DNA of 63,004 nucleotides from positions 1 to 63,004 of the IMG/VR virus record IMGVR_UViG_3300010354_000089, one strand, 5' to 3'. Positions 36,485 to 47,463 of this stretch are shown piece by piece; positions within the stretch are counted from its first letter, which is position 1; each line of letters begins with the position of its first letter. The translations under genes and the position numbers were made by a program. The DNA comes from a virus (lineage: Duplodnaviria > Caudoviricetes). Under the pieces are notes generated by a model. The model was not told the DNA's origin. It saw nothing but the letters and a program-made list of their open reading frames with translations, and made no database searches.

Positions 36485-38224
36485 TTAGCTATAAATTGAT
36501 CTAGCCTGTATAGTGGTTTCTAATCCTCCGTCCCATGATTGATTTACATTTGTTACCAAAAACTTTTCAGTTCCAGAAAGCTCGCTTAAAGAATGAGATA
36601 TTGATATAACATCTCCTACTGATATTAATGGGTTTCCAAAAACATTTATCAAAACCTTTAATTGTTGATTTTTAAGCTGACCCTTAATCCATGTTGATAA
36701 ATTTTTTGCATCATCATATTTTTGTATCCATTTTGAATTAAATGTAATTGGTTCTTGTGTTACATATTGATTAATTTCTTCGTCCATATATTCTAACGGA
36801 CTACTTTGGTCAATAGAGTTTCCTAATATACTTACGGTAGTTTTAGTATCACTGTTTAATGGAATATAGGTTCCAGCATTATTTAATAAATACATTTCTG
36901 CATTAAAAGAAGACAAGTTAGTTCCTAATATTTTTACAAACTTATTTGCTGCTGTTGTTGGGTACTTTGGAAAAGCAGGGGTTGTTGAATATCTAAACTG
37001 AATATTTCTAATTTCCCTAGCTACTGGACCAAACTCCTGAATAAATGGCTTGTCTGATCCAACATTTGTATTTGCTAAACCAGTTATAAATAAATCTCCA
37101 TAAGCAATAGAACTTGTAGCAGATGCAAAGTCGTCATCATATATATTTACTAATTCTGAATTATTATATTTATCTGCAGTTATGGGCATTGCATAAACGT
37201 AATCAAAATTAGTAGTTCCTAAAGATGCGTACAAAGCTATATTAGATGTTCTTGGCAATATGTCGTTAACAATAGACGAAGGATTTTTTTGCGTGTCTGA
37301 GGCGGTTATCTTAAATCCATTAACAAAAATAATAAAGCTAATTTTTGAATCTGTTACCTTAACATTTATGTCTATTTTATATGACTGTGGTCCATAAATT
37401 CCTTTTATCTGACTTGCTGTATTGAGAACCTGCGAGTCTGGAATATTTATGTTGTTTCCTTTATTTACTTTAATTAGTTTAACTTCTGTGTCTCCACGAG
37501 TACTTGCTGTTTCTGTTGTTCTAATATTTAAAAAGTATCCAGTATTTCCAGTCTGATTAACAAAAAACCCTATCCCTCCGCTTTGTTTTGATTCTGCTGT
37601 TGTGGCTTTAAAAAACATTGTGGTGCCAAATGCATAATGCGCTGGCTTGCTTCCAGAAACATTGATATTTGTATTTTTAATAGCCATTGATATTGTTTGA
37701 GGATCTTCATTGTTTTTGCTAATTGTAAGTAATGATTTTGATACGGTTCCAGCATTTCCTATAGTAATCCCAGTATCTATCTCCTTTAAATCTTCTTGCT
37801 CTTGCTGCTGATTATTTGCCGCTGCATTTTGAAGCAATGTGTTTAGAGTAGCTCTTGTCATAGCATCTTCTGTTCCATTGTAAGAATACGTGCTTGTATT
37901 GCCTTGAGAAATAAGAGAGTTTGTAACAACTGGAACATACACAGAAAAGTATTGATAAGCCCCTCCAGTACCTGACCCGTTAGAGCCAGAATAAGCTTTA
38001 GTTCTTATGCTGTATATTCCTCCTGGAGCAAGATTTGATGCTATATACGAACCTTGACCATTTGTTAAGTTAACAGTGGTTTCAGCATAAGATCCATTAA
38101 ATGGATAAGAAAGCCTTCCAACAACAACACTCTGTGTATCTGTTGATGCAACTATTGCTATAGTACCAGATGTTTGAGAATCTATATCTAATTCAAAACC
38201 TATTGCAGATACTGTAAGAGTCAT
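36485..38224 (-). CDS. Minor tail protein (tail tip, C-terminal hub-like part)
   Basis: FGNPLISVGDVI motif typical of hub C-termini. Confidence 0.65.
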   Translation of the reverse strand: MTLTVSAIGFELDIDSQTSGTIAIVASTDTQSVVVGRLSYPFNGSYAETTVNLTNGQGSYIASNLAPGGIYSIRTKAYSGSNGSGTGGAYQYFSVYVPVVTNSLISQGNTSTYSYNGTEDAMTRATLNTLLQNAAANNQQQEQEDLKEIDTGITIGNAGTVSKSLLTISKNNEDPQTISMAIKNTNINVSGSKPAHYAFGTTMFFKATTAESKQSGGIGFFVNQTGNTGYFLNIRTTETASTRGDTEVKLIKVNKGNNINIPDSQVLNTASQIKGIYGPQSYKIDINVKVTDSKISFIIFVNGFKITASDTQKNPSSIVNDILPRTSNIALYASLGTTNFDYVYAMPITADKYNNSELVNIYDDDFASATSSIAYGDLFITGLANTNVGSDKPFIQEFGPVAREIRNIQFRYSTTPAFPKYPTTAANKFVKILGTNLSSFNAEMYLLNNAGTYIPLNSDTKTTVSILGNSIDQSSPLEYMDEEINQYVTQEPITFNSKWIQKYDDAKNLSTWIKGQLKNQQLKVLINVFGNPLISVGDVISISHSLSELSGTEKFLVTNVNQSWDGGLETTIQARSIYS

Positions 38225-40239
38225 GTTGTAGCCCACCTAACATTTATTTTTCCAATCCAACCATCAAGAGAATCTACAGAGCTAACGTAGTGACTTGTTT
38301 TAGTTGTTCCTAAAGCCCCTCTTGTTTTAACTCTGTATCTGCCAGTTGGCTTTATTGATGGTACATATGCTGTGCCGTCTGGTGTTTGATTTACAAAAGC
38401 ATCACCTTTATATTTTAATAAATCGCTTGGACCAGTTATGTCTACATACTTTGTTTGAAAAGTATTTACCTGTGTATAAGAGTATTCTATTGCATCATAT
38501 TCTACAATTTCTGAGTTAATTAAAATATAACCAGAAAAACTATACAAAACATCATCTTTATTAATAGCATTTTCATATAAATCTATTGGCTCTAATGTCA
38601 TATAATGCTTAGAGTTTGGCGTGATAGCTGGGTCTGCGGTTGCCAATAAATTATCTTTTAGCGATGCTGCAGCCAGCCAAGTATCTCCAGAATCCCAAAT
38701 TTTATGACTGCTATTTTCATATGTCGATATTGCAGTTGTATAGTATATTACTTTTACTTGATTTGCTGTAGGCAAAACTTCTTTTTGTAACTTTACTATG
38801 TTTGCTAACTCTGATCCATTATTTGTATTTCTAAAAGTCCAGTCTATTGCTCTTGCATTATCGTATAAATAATCTCTTGTATAAAATTGCAATACGTTGT
38901 TCTCGTCCACAACTGCGCTTATTTGAGCATCTCTACATAACTCTTGTATGTTAGACCAAACTGTTTGAGTGCTATCGCTCCACCAATAATTTGGAGATAT
39001 AATAGAGGTGTCAGAAATATTTCCAGCAGATATCTTATAGTTAAAATTATAATTTACAAATCCAACAGAATCAAGCATTTGTCTGAGGATGGCAGCCGAA
39101 GAATACTTTTCACAAACCATGTCTGGGCAAATTGTATCTTGCAATATCTTAGCAGAATCTAAAGCAAATATTTGTGTTTCTCCATATTCACCAATTGACC
39201 AACTGTCTAGTAAGAATGTGCCTTGATTTACTTTGAAATACTTTCCAGCAGAATCTTGTAGATTCCCTTGTGAATCATAAATTTTAATAAAAGATTTTAT
39301 TTCAGCTCCTTTTAACAAGTATATTCTGTCTGCCGATATTGTGTCTGTGTTTAAGTATGTTTTAAATTTTATTGTATTTTGTTGATAAGCGTTTAAGTCA
39401 ACAGTACATGAGTTTGCTGTTACAGTTCCAACTGGAAGCAAATCTTCTGTGCTAGATGAACTTTCTTTGTTAATCTGCATAGACACTAGATGGGTAGAAA
39501 GATCTTGAACCCAGTGTGGTGCTATCTCAACAACTCCAATATATCCGCCTGGATTTGTTGCAGAAAGAGATATGTTATTAAATGATTTTGTTGCTGAAAG
39601 ATTTAGAGTAGACTCGTCTGTAGACCAAGTAGTTCCATTATAATATAAAGATAATGTTCCAGCCTCATATTGATTTGATGTAAAGCTTACTATCTGTGAG
39701 GATGTTCCAGAAGCAACTGACTGACCGTCCAAAGAAACCGTCCAGGCAGAAGGTGTTGCATGTGATATTTCAAACTTAATTACAATTTTATTTGCTAAAA
39801 CATTTTTTGCAGAAGCGTTTGCATTTTTGTAAGATATTGTTATTCCAGCATTTGTATTTAAAGGGGTAATCCAATATTTATAGTACACATCTGCTGATGG
39901 ATAATACACTCTATACTTAGTATTTAGCTTAGGGTTATATGTTAAATTTTTTGGATCAGTCCATGTACCTGCTGGAATATCTCCATCTATAGCGTACTTA
40001 ACTCCAGCACCTGTTGGTCGATAGCTTTTAACTATGGTGTCTAGTGGGAAAAGCTTTTTAAAAGGCTGACGTCCGTTGATTGTTGTGTAATTACTTGTAC
40101 TTGTAATTGTTGAATAATTAAAGTCAACCATTGAATTAATGTTAATGTCATACAAACAACCAATGTTTGAGCTTACGCTAACATTATTTTTTAATATAGT
40201 TTGTACTCTATTTGTAGAGTCTCCTGGAACGGTGATCAT
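38221..40239 (-). CDS. Minor tail protein (tail tip/hub)
   Basis: Follows the distal tail gene; TVWSNIQEL...VDENNVLQF. Confidence 0.7.
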   Translation of the reverse strand: MITVPGDSTNRVQTILKNNVSVSSNIGCLYDININSMVDFNYSTITSTSNYTTINGRQPFKKLFPLDTIVKSYRPTGAGVKYAIDGDIPAGTWTDPKNLTYNPKLNTKYRVYYPSADVYYKYWITPLNTNAGITISYKNANASAKNVLANKIVIKFEISHATPSAWTVSLDGQSVASGTSSQIVSFTSNQYEAGTLSLYYNGTTWSTDESTLNLSATKSFNNISLSATNPGGYIGVVEIAPHWVQDLSTHLVSMQINKESSSSTEDLLPVGTVTANSCTVDLNAYQQNTIKFKTYLNTDTISADRIYLLKGAEIKSFIKIYDSQGNLQDSAGKYFKVNQGTFLLDSWSIGEYGETQIFALDSAKILQDTICPDMVCEKYSSAAILRQMLDSVGFVNYNFNYKISAGNISDTSIISPNYWWSDSTQTVWSNIQELCRDAQISAVVDENNVLQFYTRDYLYDNARAIDWTFRNTNNGSELANIVKLQKEVLPTANQVKVIYYTTAISTYENSSHKIWDSGDTWLAAASLKDNLLATADPAITPNSKHYMTLEPIDLYENAINKDDVLYSFSGYILINSEIVEYDAIEYSYTQVNTFQTKYVDITGPSDLLKYKGDAFVNQTPDGTAYVPSIKPTGRYRVKTRGALGTTKTSHYVSSVDSLDGWIGKINVRWATT

Positions 40240-40710
40240 TTACACCTCTTCCATTGTTAATGAAACATCCCAGAATGGTTGTGTTCCACGCTTTACAACA
40301 CTAAAAGAACAATCTGTAAATGAAACTGAATACTCCTCATAACCTGAAGATTCTTGACTCTGTCCAGTTTTTGCAAGATTTACTCTTATTAAAAAAGAAC
40401 CTTGACCTTCTACGCTGTCATAGAAAGATCTTAAATCTTCTGCTCCCCATGCTCCGTCTACTGTAAACGTTCTGTATGATGGAAGCATTGTCCAAGATAG
40501 ATTAAATCTATTTTTATCAGCAACAAAATATTTTCTTAAATTGCCATTAGACATTCTTTGAGATTTTTCAAATCTTATTGGGTCTATGCTAAATTCTTTT
40601 CTATTATGTTCTGTTACTTTATTCCAAACTAATGTGGTGCCAGCAGGAGTTGCAAGCAAGTCTTTTGCTTGTATTAATAATATAGAACCTCTTGGTAGTG
40701 ATCCTGGCAT
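40240..40710 (-). CDS. Distal tail protein-like
   Basis: Immediately after TMP; RMSNG.LR..., FNLSW..LP and VSLTMEEV. Confidence 0.65.
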   Translation of the reverse strand: MPGSLPRGSILLIQAKDLLATPAGTTLVWNKVTEHNRKEFSIDPIRFEKSQRMSNGNLRKYFVADKNRFNLSWTMLPSYRTFTVDGAWGAEDLRSFYDSVEGQGSFLIRVNLAKTGQSQESSGYEEYSVSFTDCSFSVVKRGTQPFWDVSLTMEEV

Positions 40711-43700
40711 TATGCATTTCCTCCATAAGATATATTTGCTCCGCCTTGTCTAATAGACCTTGCAGTTTTTGTTTCAATCATATTAACAGCAATTGTTGCT
40801 ATCTCTCTTGCATCTTGACCTGGCTGTGCATATACAGACATATTGTTTACAATATTGACTGGGCCTGATGATGAGTCTGGCATTCCGCTAAAATTAATTT
40901 TTGATTTTGTTGGGACATCAAATGCTGGCATACCCATTCTACCAAGTTTATGTAAAAATTCAAGATTGTCATAGCCAATATTTCTTGCCGCTAACTCGCT
41001 AAACATATATTCGCCATTAGAAGCCATAATAGGAATACTATCTGATGTCCCTGTTCCTGGGCCTTTTATCAGACCAGCAGTTGCATACTTCTTTCTTCCA
41101 ATAAGCCCGCCCATTGCAAAGCCGCCCATCTTTGTTTCTACAAGCATTATATTGCCATCTGGCTGAACTCTAAATTTATATTCTTTGTATGTCTTATCTG
41201 ACTTATTTCCAGAAGCTAGCGTGAAGTGATCTCCAGACATAAAGCCTTGTCTTTCAGCATATTTTTTAATTTGCTCTCTTGTGCTATTCATTCCAACTCC
41301 ACCAAATGGTGTCTGCCAGCTCTGCGGAGAAAGACCTGCAACTCTACCCATTGCAAAAGGCTTTGCGCTTGTTCCATCACCAGTAAGATTATTTCTAGCA
41401 AATTTATCAACAGCATTAACAAATTTATCCACTGCAGAGCTAAATGCTCCTGACTCAGCTTTATCTGATGTGAGGTTAATTAAAGACTGGAGTAACTTAA
41501 ATTGTCCAGTTACGCTTCCCTTACCATCAATTCCAAACTGCTTTTTAATTCTTTCAGCTTCTGCCTTTGCAACTCCGCCAGCATCAATTAATGCTTTAAG
41601 TGCTCTATCAACAGCACCAGCAATTTCTTGTGAAGCATTTTTATCTTTCATTTTAGCAGCAAGAGTTTTTGGAGTTTCTCCAGCTAATATTCCAGAAATA
41701 GTAGTTCTAAATGTTCCCAGTGCTGCTTGTGCTGCTGCATTATTTTGAGCAGCTGTATTTTGATTTGTTGCTGCTAACTGTGCACCACTAGCCTTATCTG
41801 ACAAAGCCTCTCTCTGCTTTTCAAGCTTCTTCAATTCAGCATCAGACTTATCAATTATAGCTTGACGAGCAAGCTCTCTTGCTCTATCATCCATAAGCTT
41901 TTGAATATTAAGTTTAGCTCTTGCAGCAGCGGCCATATCTCCAACTGCAACAGCTTGCTGATACTCAATTTGTGCATCTTGAATTTCTTTTTCAATGTCA
42001 GCATTCTTTTGCTGTACATCTAATGCCTTTAATCTAGCGTCTGTTTCTTCTTTAATCTTTTTAATTAATCTATCAATAGCTTTTATTTGATCATCGATGC
42101 TCTTTGTATTTGATAAATTCTTTGCAGCTGTAGTAGCATTTTTAATTGATGTTGTAAGGTCATTATACTTTTTATTTAATGACGACAATGGACCCTTTAC
42201 GTCTTCTGTTGCTGCTGTGGCCGCTGATCCCCATGCCTGCATACCGCTTGCAATATCTGCTGCTGTATTTGAATCCATATTAGATAGATTTAATTTTCCA
42301 CCAAATCCATTTAATAAAAGTTGTGCTTTTGCATATACGCCAAGCAAAGTTTCATTCTTATTAAGAACAGATCCCAGTACAAGATTTTGAGATTTAATTT
42401 GATCTACAGTTTTTTCATCAAGCTTTAGATTGCTTCCCTTTATTCCTCTAATTTTATCAAGAGTAATCTGGACAGCCTTTGTTTGAGTTATTAACTCATT
42501 GTTTTTATCTTTTGTTCCAACTAGCGATTGCTGGTATGACATCAATGCATTTAGCATGTTATCTATTCCCATTGCTAATTCTTCTGCATTAAAACTCTTT
42601 TTGTCAGATAATGTCTTTATTAGAAGTTCTACTTGATATTGTGCAGCACTAGCTTTATCTGTAATTGCTGTAAATGCTTCTGATGTTATAGCACCTATTG
42701 CATAAGCTCCCTTATTAGATGCTTTAATTAAAGCATAAATTTTATTTGTAGCTTCTTCTACGCTCATTCCAGCAGAAATATATTGTTGCTTCAATGAAGC
42801 TGCTAGTCTTAGAACATCTTGTCTTCCACTTAACTTATTAAAGTTTTGAATGGTATCTTTTGCAATTTCTTTTGCATCAGCAATTGCTTCATTCAATTCT
42901 TTAATAGTAAGAGTTAAGCCGCTAACCCCAGTTTTATTTAAAGCTTGGAATGCAGAAATATTAGCTTCTCTTGTAAGCTTTAATTGATCTTGTACCTCTT
43001 TTAACTTATCTGTAAACGATACATATGTAAGCCCAACCTCAGACATTGTTTTTTCAGTTGGAGCAAATGCTGCTCTATTTGCTTTACCCACATCTTCATA
43101 ATGCTTCTTTAGCTTCATTAAGCCTGCGCCAACACCAAGAATTGTTGTTATAACTGCTACTGGTGGTGCGAGTCTTCCTAATAATCCAGCAATAGACTTT
43201 AAAGCACTTCCGCTTGAAGCAATACCTTTTATTGCAGAAAATACTCTATGTATTGGAAGGAATGATGCTGCTAGCCCAGCCATTTGGATTGCCTGTCCTG
43301 TTTGTCCACCAACCATTGAACCAGCAACTGTTGCACCTAAACCTATTCCAATTTGTGCACCAACGCCAGAGCCCATTCCAGAAGCTGCAGAACCAAAGCT
43401 AGTCATTCTTCTAGTAGAGTATCTTGCGTTTGCCATAAAGCCTTCGCTTGCTGCTGGCCTTACTAGATCTCCGTCTTGCAAATACTGAACTCCCTTTACC
43501 ATTCCGCCATTATTAAATCTAACTCTTCTAGGCATTGGGGCTCTTGAAAGCTTAGCTTGAAGTGTTTTTAATAATAAATTGTATCTTGAAGGAGCAATCT
43601 TTGGACCAATATGGCCACGCTCAGATCCAAAAACCTGAGTTATAGTTGATCCTCTTCCAAGTGGACCAGTATATCTATTTGCAGGAGTTTCATCATAAAG

Positions 43701-46700
43701 CTCTTGAGCTAAATTAAAATGAGTTAAATTTTGTCCGCCAGAGAATCCACTACCAGTTCCTACTAAATGTCTTGGCATTGTTACATTATCAAATCCTACA
43801 TTTCTTAAGGAGCCTTTAAGAATTCCCTTTCCAGATTCATTTCTCTGGTGTCCCATCATTAAAAGCTCTTCTGCGAATCTAACTCTTCTTCCTAGAGTAG
43901 GACTTACTCTTGAAACACCCTTAAGATATTTCATTGCAATTCCGCCTGCTACTTTTTCAAAATACTTATTATTTACCTTAACATTTCCTTTAGCAGAAAA
44001 TGTTCTAACTATATCTCTGTAGGCTAACTTTAATGCTCTTTGCAAATCTGTTTTATCATAACCAAGTCTTAATCCTTGTTCATAAAACATTGCCATTGGA
44101 TGCAAGCCTCTTGCATGCAACTGCTGTAAATCATCTGCTAAAAATGCACCAGTTAAATTAATTGATGGTCTGTTTCCAGCTAAAGCTTGGTTTGCTTCTC
44201 TTCCCTGATGTATCATCATTGCTGGCATAAATCCGCTTCCGCCTTCATTGATTGCTCTTAAAAGTGGAAGTGTTGTTTGATTAACTGCATCTTTTCTAAC
44301 AACGAATTCTCCTGGGGTAAGCATTGCTGGAACCTTGTCTGTATTTCCAGATCCAGGAACAATGTCTCCAGTAGCAAATCTCTTTGGTCTTGTAGTTTCA
44401 ATACTGTATGGTGCACCAAATGTTTTGACTCCTAAACCTCTAGCAATTTTATTTAGTAGGTCTCTTGTTCTTCCTGGTCTAGCCAGCTCTTTCATGTTAG
44501 ACTTACCTTCTGGATTTACAATTGGCTGATTTAAAAGAGGAACAGAAGTCATGTTTATTGTTCTTCCTTGTTGAGCAGCAATATCTGCAGCGCTTTGAGC
44601 AATCATCATTTCTATTTGTTTGTTTAAAGCAATAATCTTTGCTCTTGCTTGATCTACTGTTATTTTGCCAGCTTGTAATTGAGCAACAATTGCTGCTGAT
44701 TCTTGAGCTGCCTTTTGAGTTAATGTAGTCATAGAAGGCAATAAAGCTTGATAAGAATCAGAAAGTTCTGCTGTTATCAATCCTGTTGTTGCTACTTCTT
44801 TCTTTAGCTTTGCTATTTCTGCTTGTGATTGCATTGCTAAAGCACCAGTCATTGCATGCCACTTTGCCGCTTCTTCTGCAACTATACCTGTAGAAACTCC
44901 CTTTATTGATGTTAGTCCTGGAACCTTTGGTAAATCTCCTTGCATGTATATCTGCGGGTTTGCACCAATTCTTTGATTTACTTTAGGTGCACCAGGAACA
45001 ACACCAAATATAGTTTGAGCCAATCTTTCGTCCTGGGTCATTCCAGCAACAGGATTTAAATGAGACATAGACCTTGTGTCCTGTGCGCTAATTAATGGAT
45101 GGTTTGGATCAACTACTCTTGAACCAATCAAAGGATTTCCAGCCATAGTAGTAAATGCTGGTGCTAGTGATATTGCTCCACTTTTTGCCTTTTGCTCAAG
45201 TAAAGTAAATTCTGCAATTAATGCCTCTATAGATGTTTTTAAAACAGATGCTGCTTTTGCATCACTATAAAATGTTTTTTCTACTAGGCTGCCAGCTTTT
45301 TCTGCAGCAAGTATTTCTGGGGTAAGCATGCGCCAACCTTCGCCGCCTTTAAACAATGCTTTAAAATGAGCAACTCCTTTAATTATATATCCAAAGAAGT
45401 TTGCTAAAACACCAGTTAACATAATTACTGGTCCTATGATTGCAGTAAGTCCTCCAGCAAATGTTAATATTTGTTTAATTGGTCCAGGTAAATTATTAAC
45501 AAATTTAACAATACTATCTGTTACATTAATAAAGAATGTCTGTACCTTTAAAAATTCTTCGCCAATTTCTGCAAGGTTGGCTCTTAGAGACTCAATTGCT
45601 CTATTATATTTACCAGCCGCAGACTCTGTAACTGCTTTTAATTCTCGATCAGCGATTGCTCCTAGTTCTTGAGTACTGGCTTTCATTAGCTCTAATACTT
45701 GTAAAGTCTGGCTTCCCTCTTTTCCTAAATTATTAAATAAAGCATTTAGTCTTGAAAACTGGAATTTTCCAAACAACTGCTCAATAGCCTGTTGCTTTTG
45801 TAGCGGATCTAGTTTATCTAGCGCTGCTTGTAGCTCTAATAGTGTTGCTGTTAAGTTTCCAGCATTATTTGTTACAATCCCCTTTAGATCAATTCCAAGC
45901 TCTGCAAACTTTTCTGTTGCAACTTTTGTTGGATTAATTAAAGAAGCAAGTGATGACTTTAATGCGTTAGCGCCTTCTGTTGCATTTACTCCACCTTCAC
46001 GCATAGCTGTTAGGTATAATGCTAAATCTTGTACGCTTCCACCAAGACCTTGAATAACTGGTCCAGCTTTAGGAATAGCTTCTACTAAATCTGCTAGAGT
46101 TGTTGATGTCTGGTTTTCAACTGCGTTAAGGAAGTTAATTGAGTCAGAAAGTTGATCTGTATTTTGCTTAAATGCACTTTGAACTGCAAGTGTTGCTTTC
46201 ATGGCTTCTTGTCTATCTACTTCACCAAGAACTGCAAGCCTACTTGTTTCTTTTAATGAGCCTAGTAATTCAGTACCTTCTTTTCCAGTTGCTGCAATAT
46301 CTGCAGCAAGAGAAATACTTTCTTTAAATGATACACCGTAACCAGCAGACAATTCTTTTGCGGTTGCAGCTACATCTTCTCTAATTCTAGCTAGTTCCTC
46401 AGAAGATGTTCTTGCTAGACCACCGTAGACCTTTGTTAATCTTGTTAATTCTGCATCTGCTTCTCTAAATGCTTTTGCTGCTGCAACGCCAAATGCGGCA
46501 AGCGGTACAGTTAAACCAACAGTAAGCTGACGACCTGCCCACTGAGTGTTCTTACCCCAGTTAATTAATTGAACTCCGCCATCTTGAATTACTCTATTCA
46601 TGATAGCTAGTTCTTGTCTAGCTAAAGCTGTTTTATTTTTAACTTCATTTAAGCCTTGTGGGATATGCACGTTATACTGCATAAGTCCCTCAGCATTTTT

Positions 46701-47081
46701 ACCAAGTGGCTGAATAACTGCATTTTGTAAAGCAACTTGCTGTTTTGCAAGCTCTCTAATTAACCCGCCAGATGTTTTAGTATGCTCTTGAAATGTTCTG
46801 AAATAGTCTCTTAACTTTAATTTTCCGCCATCAAGATTTTTACCAAACTTTTCTACGTCTGATGTTAGTGTTACGAAGTGTGTAGAGAACTGTCCAGTTC
46901 TTCTTAAGCTTTCAGCAAAGGATCTATTAACTAATGCAACCTGATTAGTTAACTTAACATCAGATTGTATAATTTGTTGCTGTAATTTAGATAGCGACGC
47001 TGTAACCCTATTGACATTTGCAATAAGGTCTGAGAAGTCGGCATTAGCGACTATATTCGTAACTATTCTTTCATCAGCCAT
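40710..47081 (-). CDS. Tape measure protein, 2123 aa
   Basis: Length; TP901-type core (AIPKAGPV...EGANALKS); follows the tail chaperones. Confidence 0.93.
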   Translation of the reverse strand: MADERIVTNIVANADFSDLIANVNRVTASLSKLQQQIIQSDVKLTNQVALVNRSFAESLRRTGQFSTHFVTLTSDVEKFGKNLDGGKLKLRDYFRTFQEHTKTSGGLIRELAKQQVALQNAVIQPLGKNAEGLMQYNVHIPQGLNEVKNKTALARQELAIMNRVIQDGGVQLINWGKNTQWAGRQLTVGLTVPLAAFGVAAAKAFREADAELTRLTKVYGGLARTSSEELARIREDVAATAKELSAGYGVSFKESISLAADIAATGKEGTELLGSLKETSRLAVLGEVDRQEAMKATLAVQSAFKQNTDQLSDSINFLNAVENQTSTTLADLVEAIPKAGPVIQGLGGSVQDLALYLTAMREGGVNATEGANALKSSLASLINPTKVATEKFAELGIDLKGIVTNNAGNLTATLLELQAALDKLDPLQKQQAIEQLFGKFQFSRLNALFNNLGKEGSQTLQVLELMKASTQELGAIADRELKAVTESAAGKYNRAIESLRANLAEIGEEFLKVQTFFINVTDSIVKFVNNLPGPIKQILTFAGGLTAIIGPVIMLTGVLANFFGYIIKGVAHFKALFKGGEGWRMLTPEILAAEKAGSLVEKTFYSDAKAASVLKTSIEALIAEFTLLEQKAKSGAISLAPAFTTMAGNPLIGSRVVDPNHPLISAQDTRSMSHLNPVAGMTQDERLAQTIFGVVPGAPKVNQRIGANPQIYMQGDLPKVPGLTSIKGVSTGIVAEEAAKWHAMTGALAMQSQAEIAKLKKEVATTGLITAELSDSYQALLPSMTTLTQKAAQESAAIVAQLQAGKITVDQARAKIIALNKQIEMMIAQSAADIAAQQGRTINMTSVPLLNQPIVNPEGKSNMKELARPGRTRDLLNKIARGLGVKTFGAPYSIETTRPKRFATGDIVPGSGNTDKVPAMLTPGEFVVRKDAVNQTTLPLLRAINEGGSGFMPAMMIHQGREANQALAGNRPSINLTGAFLADDLQQLHARGLHPMAMFYEQGLRLGYDKTDLQRALKLAYRDIVRTFSAKGNVKVNNKYFEKVAGGIAMKYLKGVSRVSPTLGRRVRFAEELLMMGHQRNESGKGILKGSLRNVGFDNVTMPRHLVGTGSGFSGGQNLTHFNLAQELYDETPANRYTGPLGRGSTITQVFGSERGHIGPKIAPSRYNLLLKTLQAKLSRAPMPRRVRFNNGGMVKGVQYLQDGDLVRPAASEGFMANARYSTRRMTSFGSAASGMGSGVGAQIGIGLGATVAGSMVGGQTGQAIQMAGLAASFLPIHRVFSAIKGIASSGSALKSIAGLLGRLAPPVAVITTILGVGAGLMKLKKHYEDVGKANRAAFAPTEKTMSEVGLTYVSFTDKLKEVQDQLKLTREANISAFQALNKTGVSGLTLTIKELNEAIADAKEIAKDTIQNFNKLSGRQDVLRLAASLKQQYISAGMSVEEATNKIYALIKASNKGAYAIGAITSEAFTAITDKASAAQYQVELLIKTLSDKKSFNAEELAMGIDNMLNALMSYQQSLVGTKDKNNELITQTKAVQITLDKIRGIKGSNLKLDEKTVDQIKSQNLVLGSVLNKNETLLGVYAKAQLLLNGFGGKLNLSNMDSNTAADIASGMQAWGSAATAATEDVKGPLSSLNKKYNDLTTSIKNATTAAKNLSNTKSIDDQIKAIDRLIKKIKEETDARLKALDVQQKNADIEKEIQDAQIEYQQAVAVGDMAAAARAKLNIQKLMDDRARELARQAIIDKSDAELKKLEKQREALSDKASGAQLAATNQNTAAQNNAAAQAALGTFRTTISGILAGETPKTLAAKMKDKNASQEIAGAVDRALKALIDAGGVAKAEAERIKKQFGIDGKGSVTGQFKLLQSLINLTSDKAESGAFSSAVDKFVNAVDKFARNNLTGDGTSAKPFAMGRVAGLSPQSWQTPFGGVGMNSTREQIKKYAERQGFMSGDHFTLASGNKSDKTYKEYKFRVQPDGNIMLVETKMGGFAMGGLIGRKKYATAGLIKGPGTGTSDSIPIMASNGEYMFSELAARNIGYDNLEFLHKLGRMGMPAFDVPTKSKINFSGMPDSSSGPVNIVNNMSVYAQPGQDAREIATIAVNMIETKTARSIRQGGANISYGGNA

Positions 47082-47091
47082 TTATAGACGA

Positions 47092-47463
47092 TTACTCCTT
47101 GCTGTATCCTAATCCCATTCCAATTCCAAATCCAGCATTCTGTGCTAAACCTCCTTGCAATGATACTACGTCATCACTGCTAGTATTTATACCTAATGCC
47201 CGTCTTTGAATATCTTCAAAGGAAGGACCTTCTTTTTCTTCTTCTTCATCTTCCATCTTAATTCCTTTAAGACTTGCTAAGAACTTTCTATCCTCGTGTT
47301 CCTTTTTCTTAAAGGCTTTCAATGTTTGAATAAGTTCTGGCATTGAAAGATTTTCTTCTAGCTCTTCGTAATTTTTCCAATTACCTAAAAGAAAAACTTC
47401 TCCTTCTAAAGCGGCTAGATCTAGTTCTGACCAGCCAGAACTGCTGCCGCTAGTAGGTTTGGG
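47092..47463 (-). CDS. Tail assembly chaperone, frameshifted extension (G-T)
   Basis: -1 frame entered at slippery C CCA AAC; no good start of its own. Confidence 0.75.
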   Translation of the reverse strand, partial: PKPTSGSSSGWSELDLAALEGEVFLLGNWKNYEELEENLSMPELIQTLKAFKKKEHEDRKFLASLKGIKMEDEEEEKEGPSFEDIQRRALGINTSSDDVVSLQGGLAQNAGFGIGMGLGYSKE

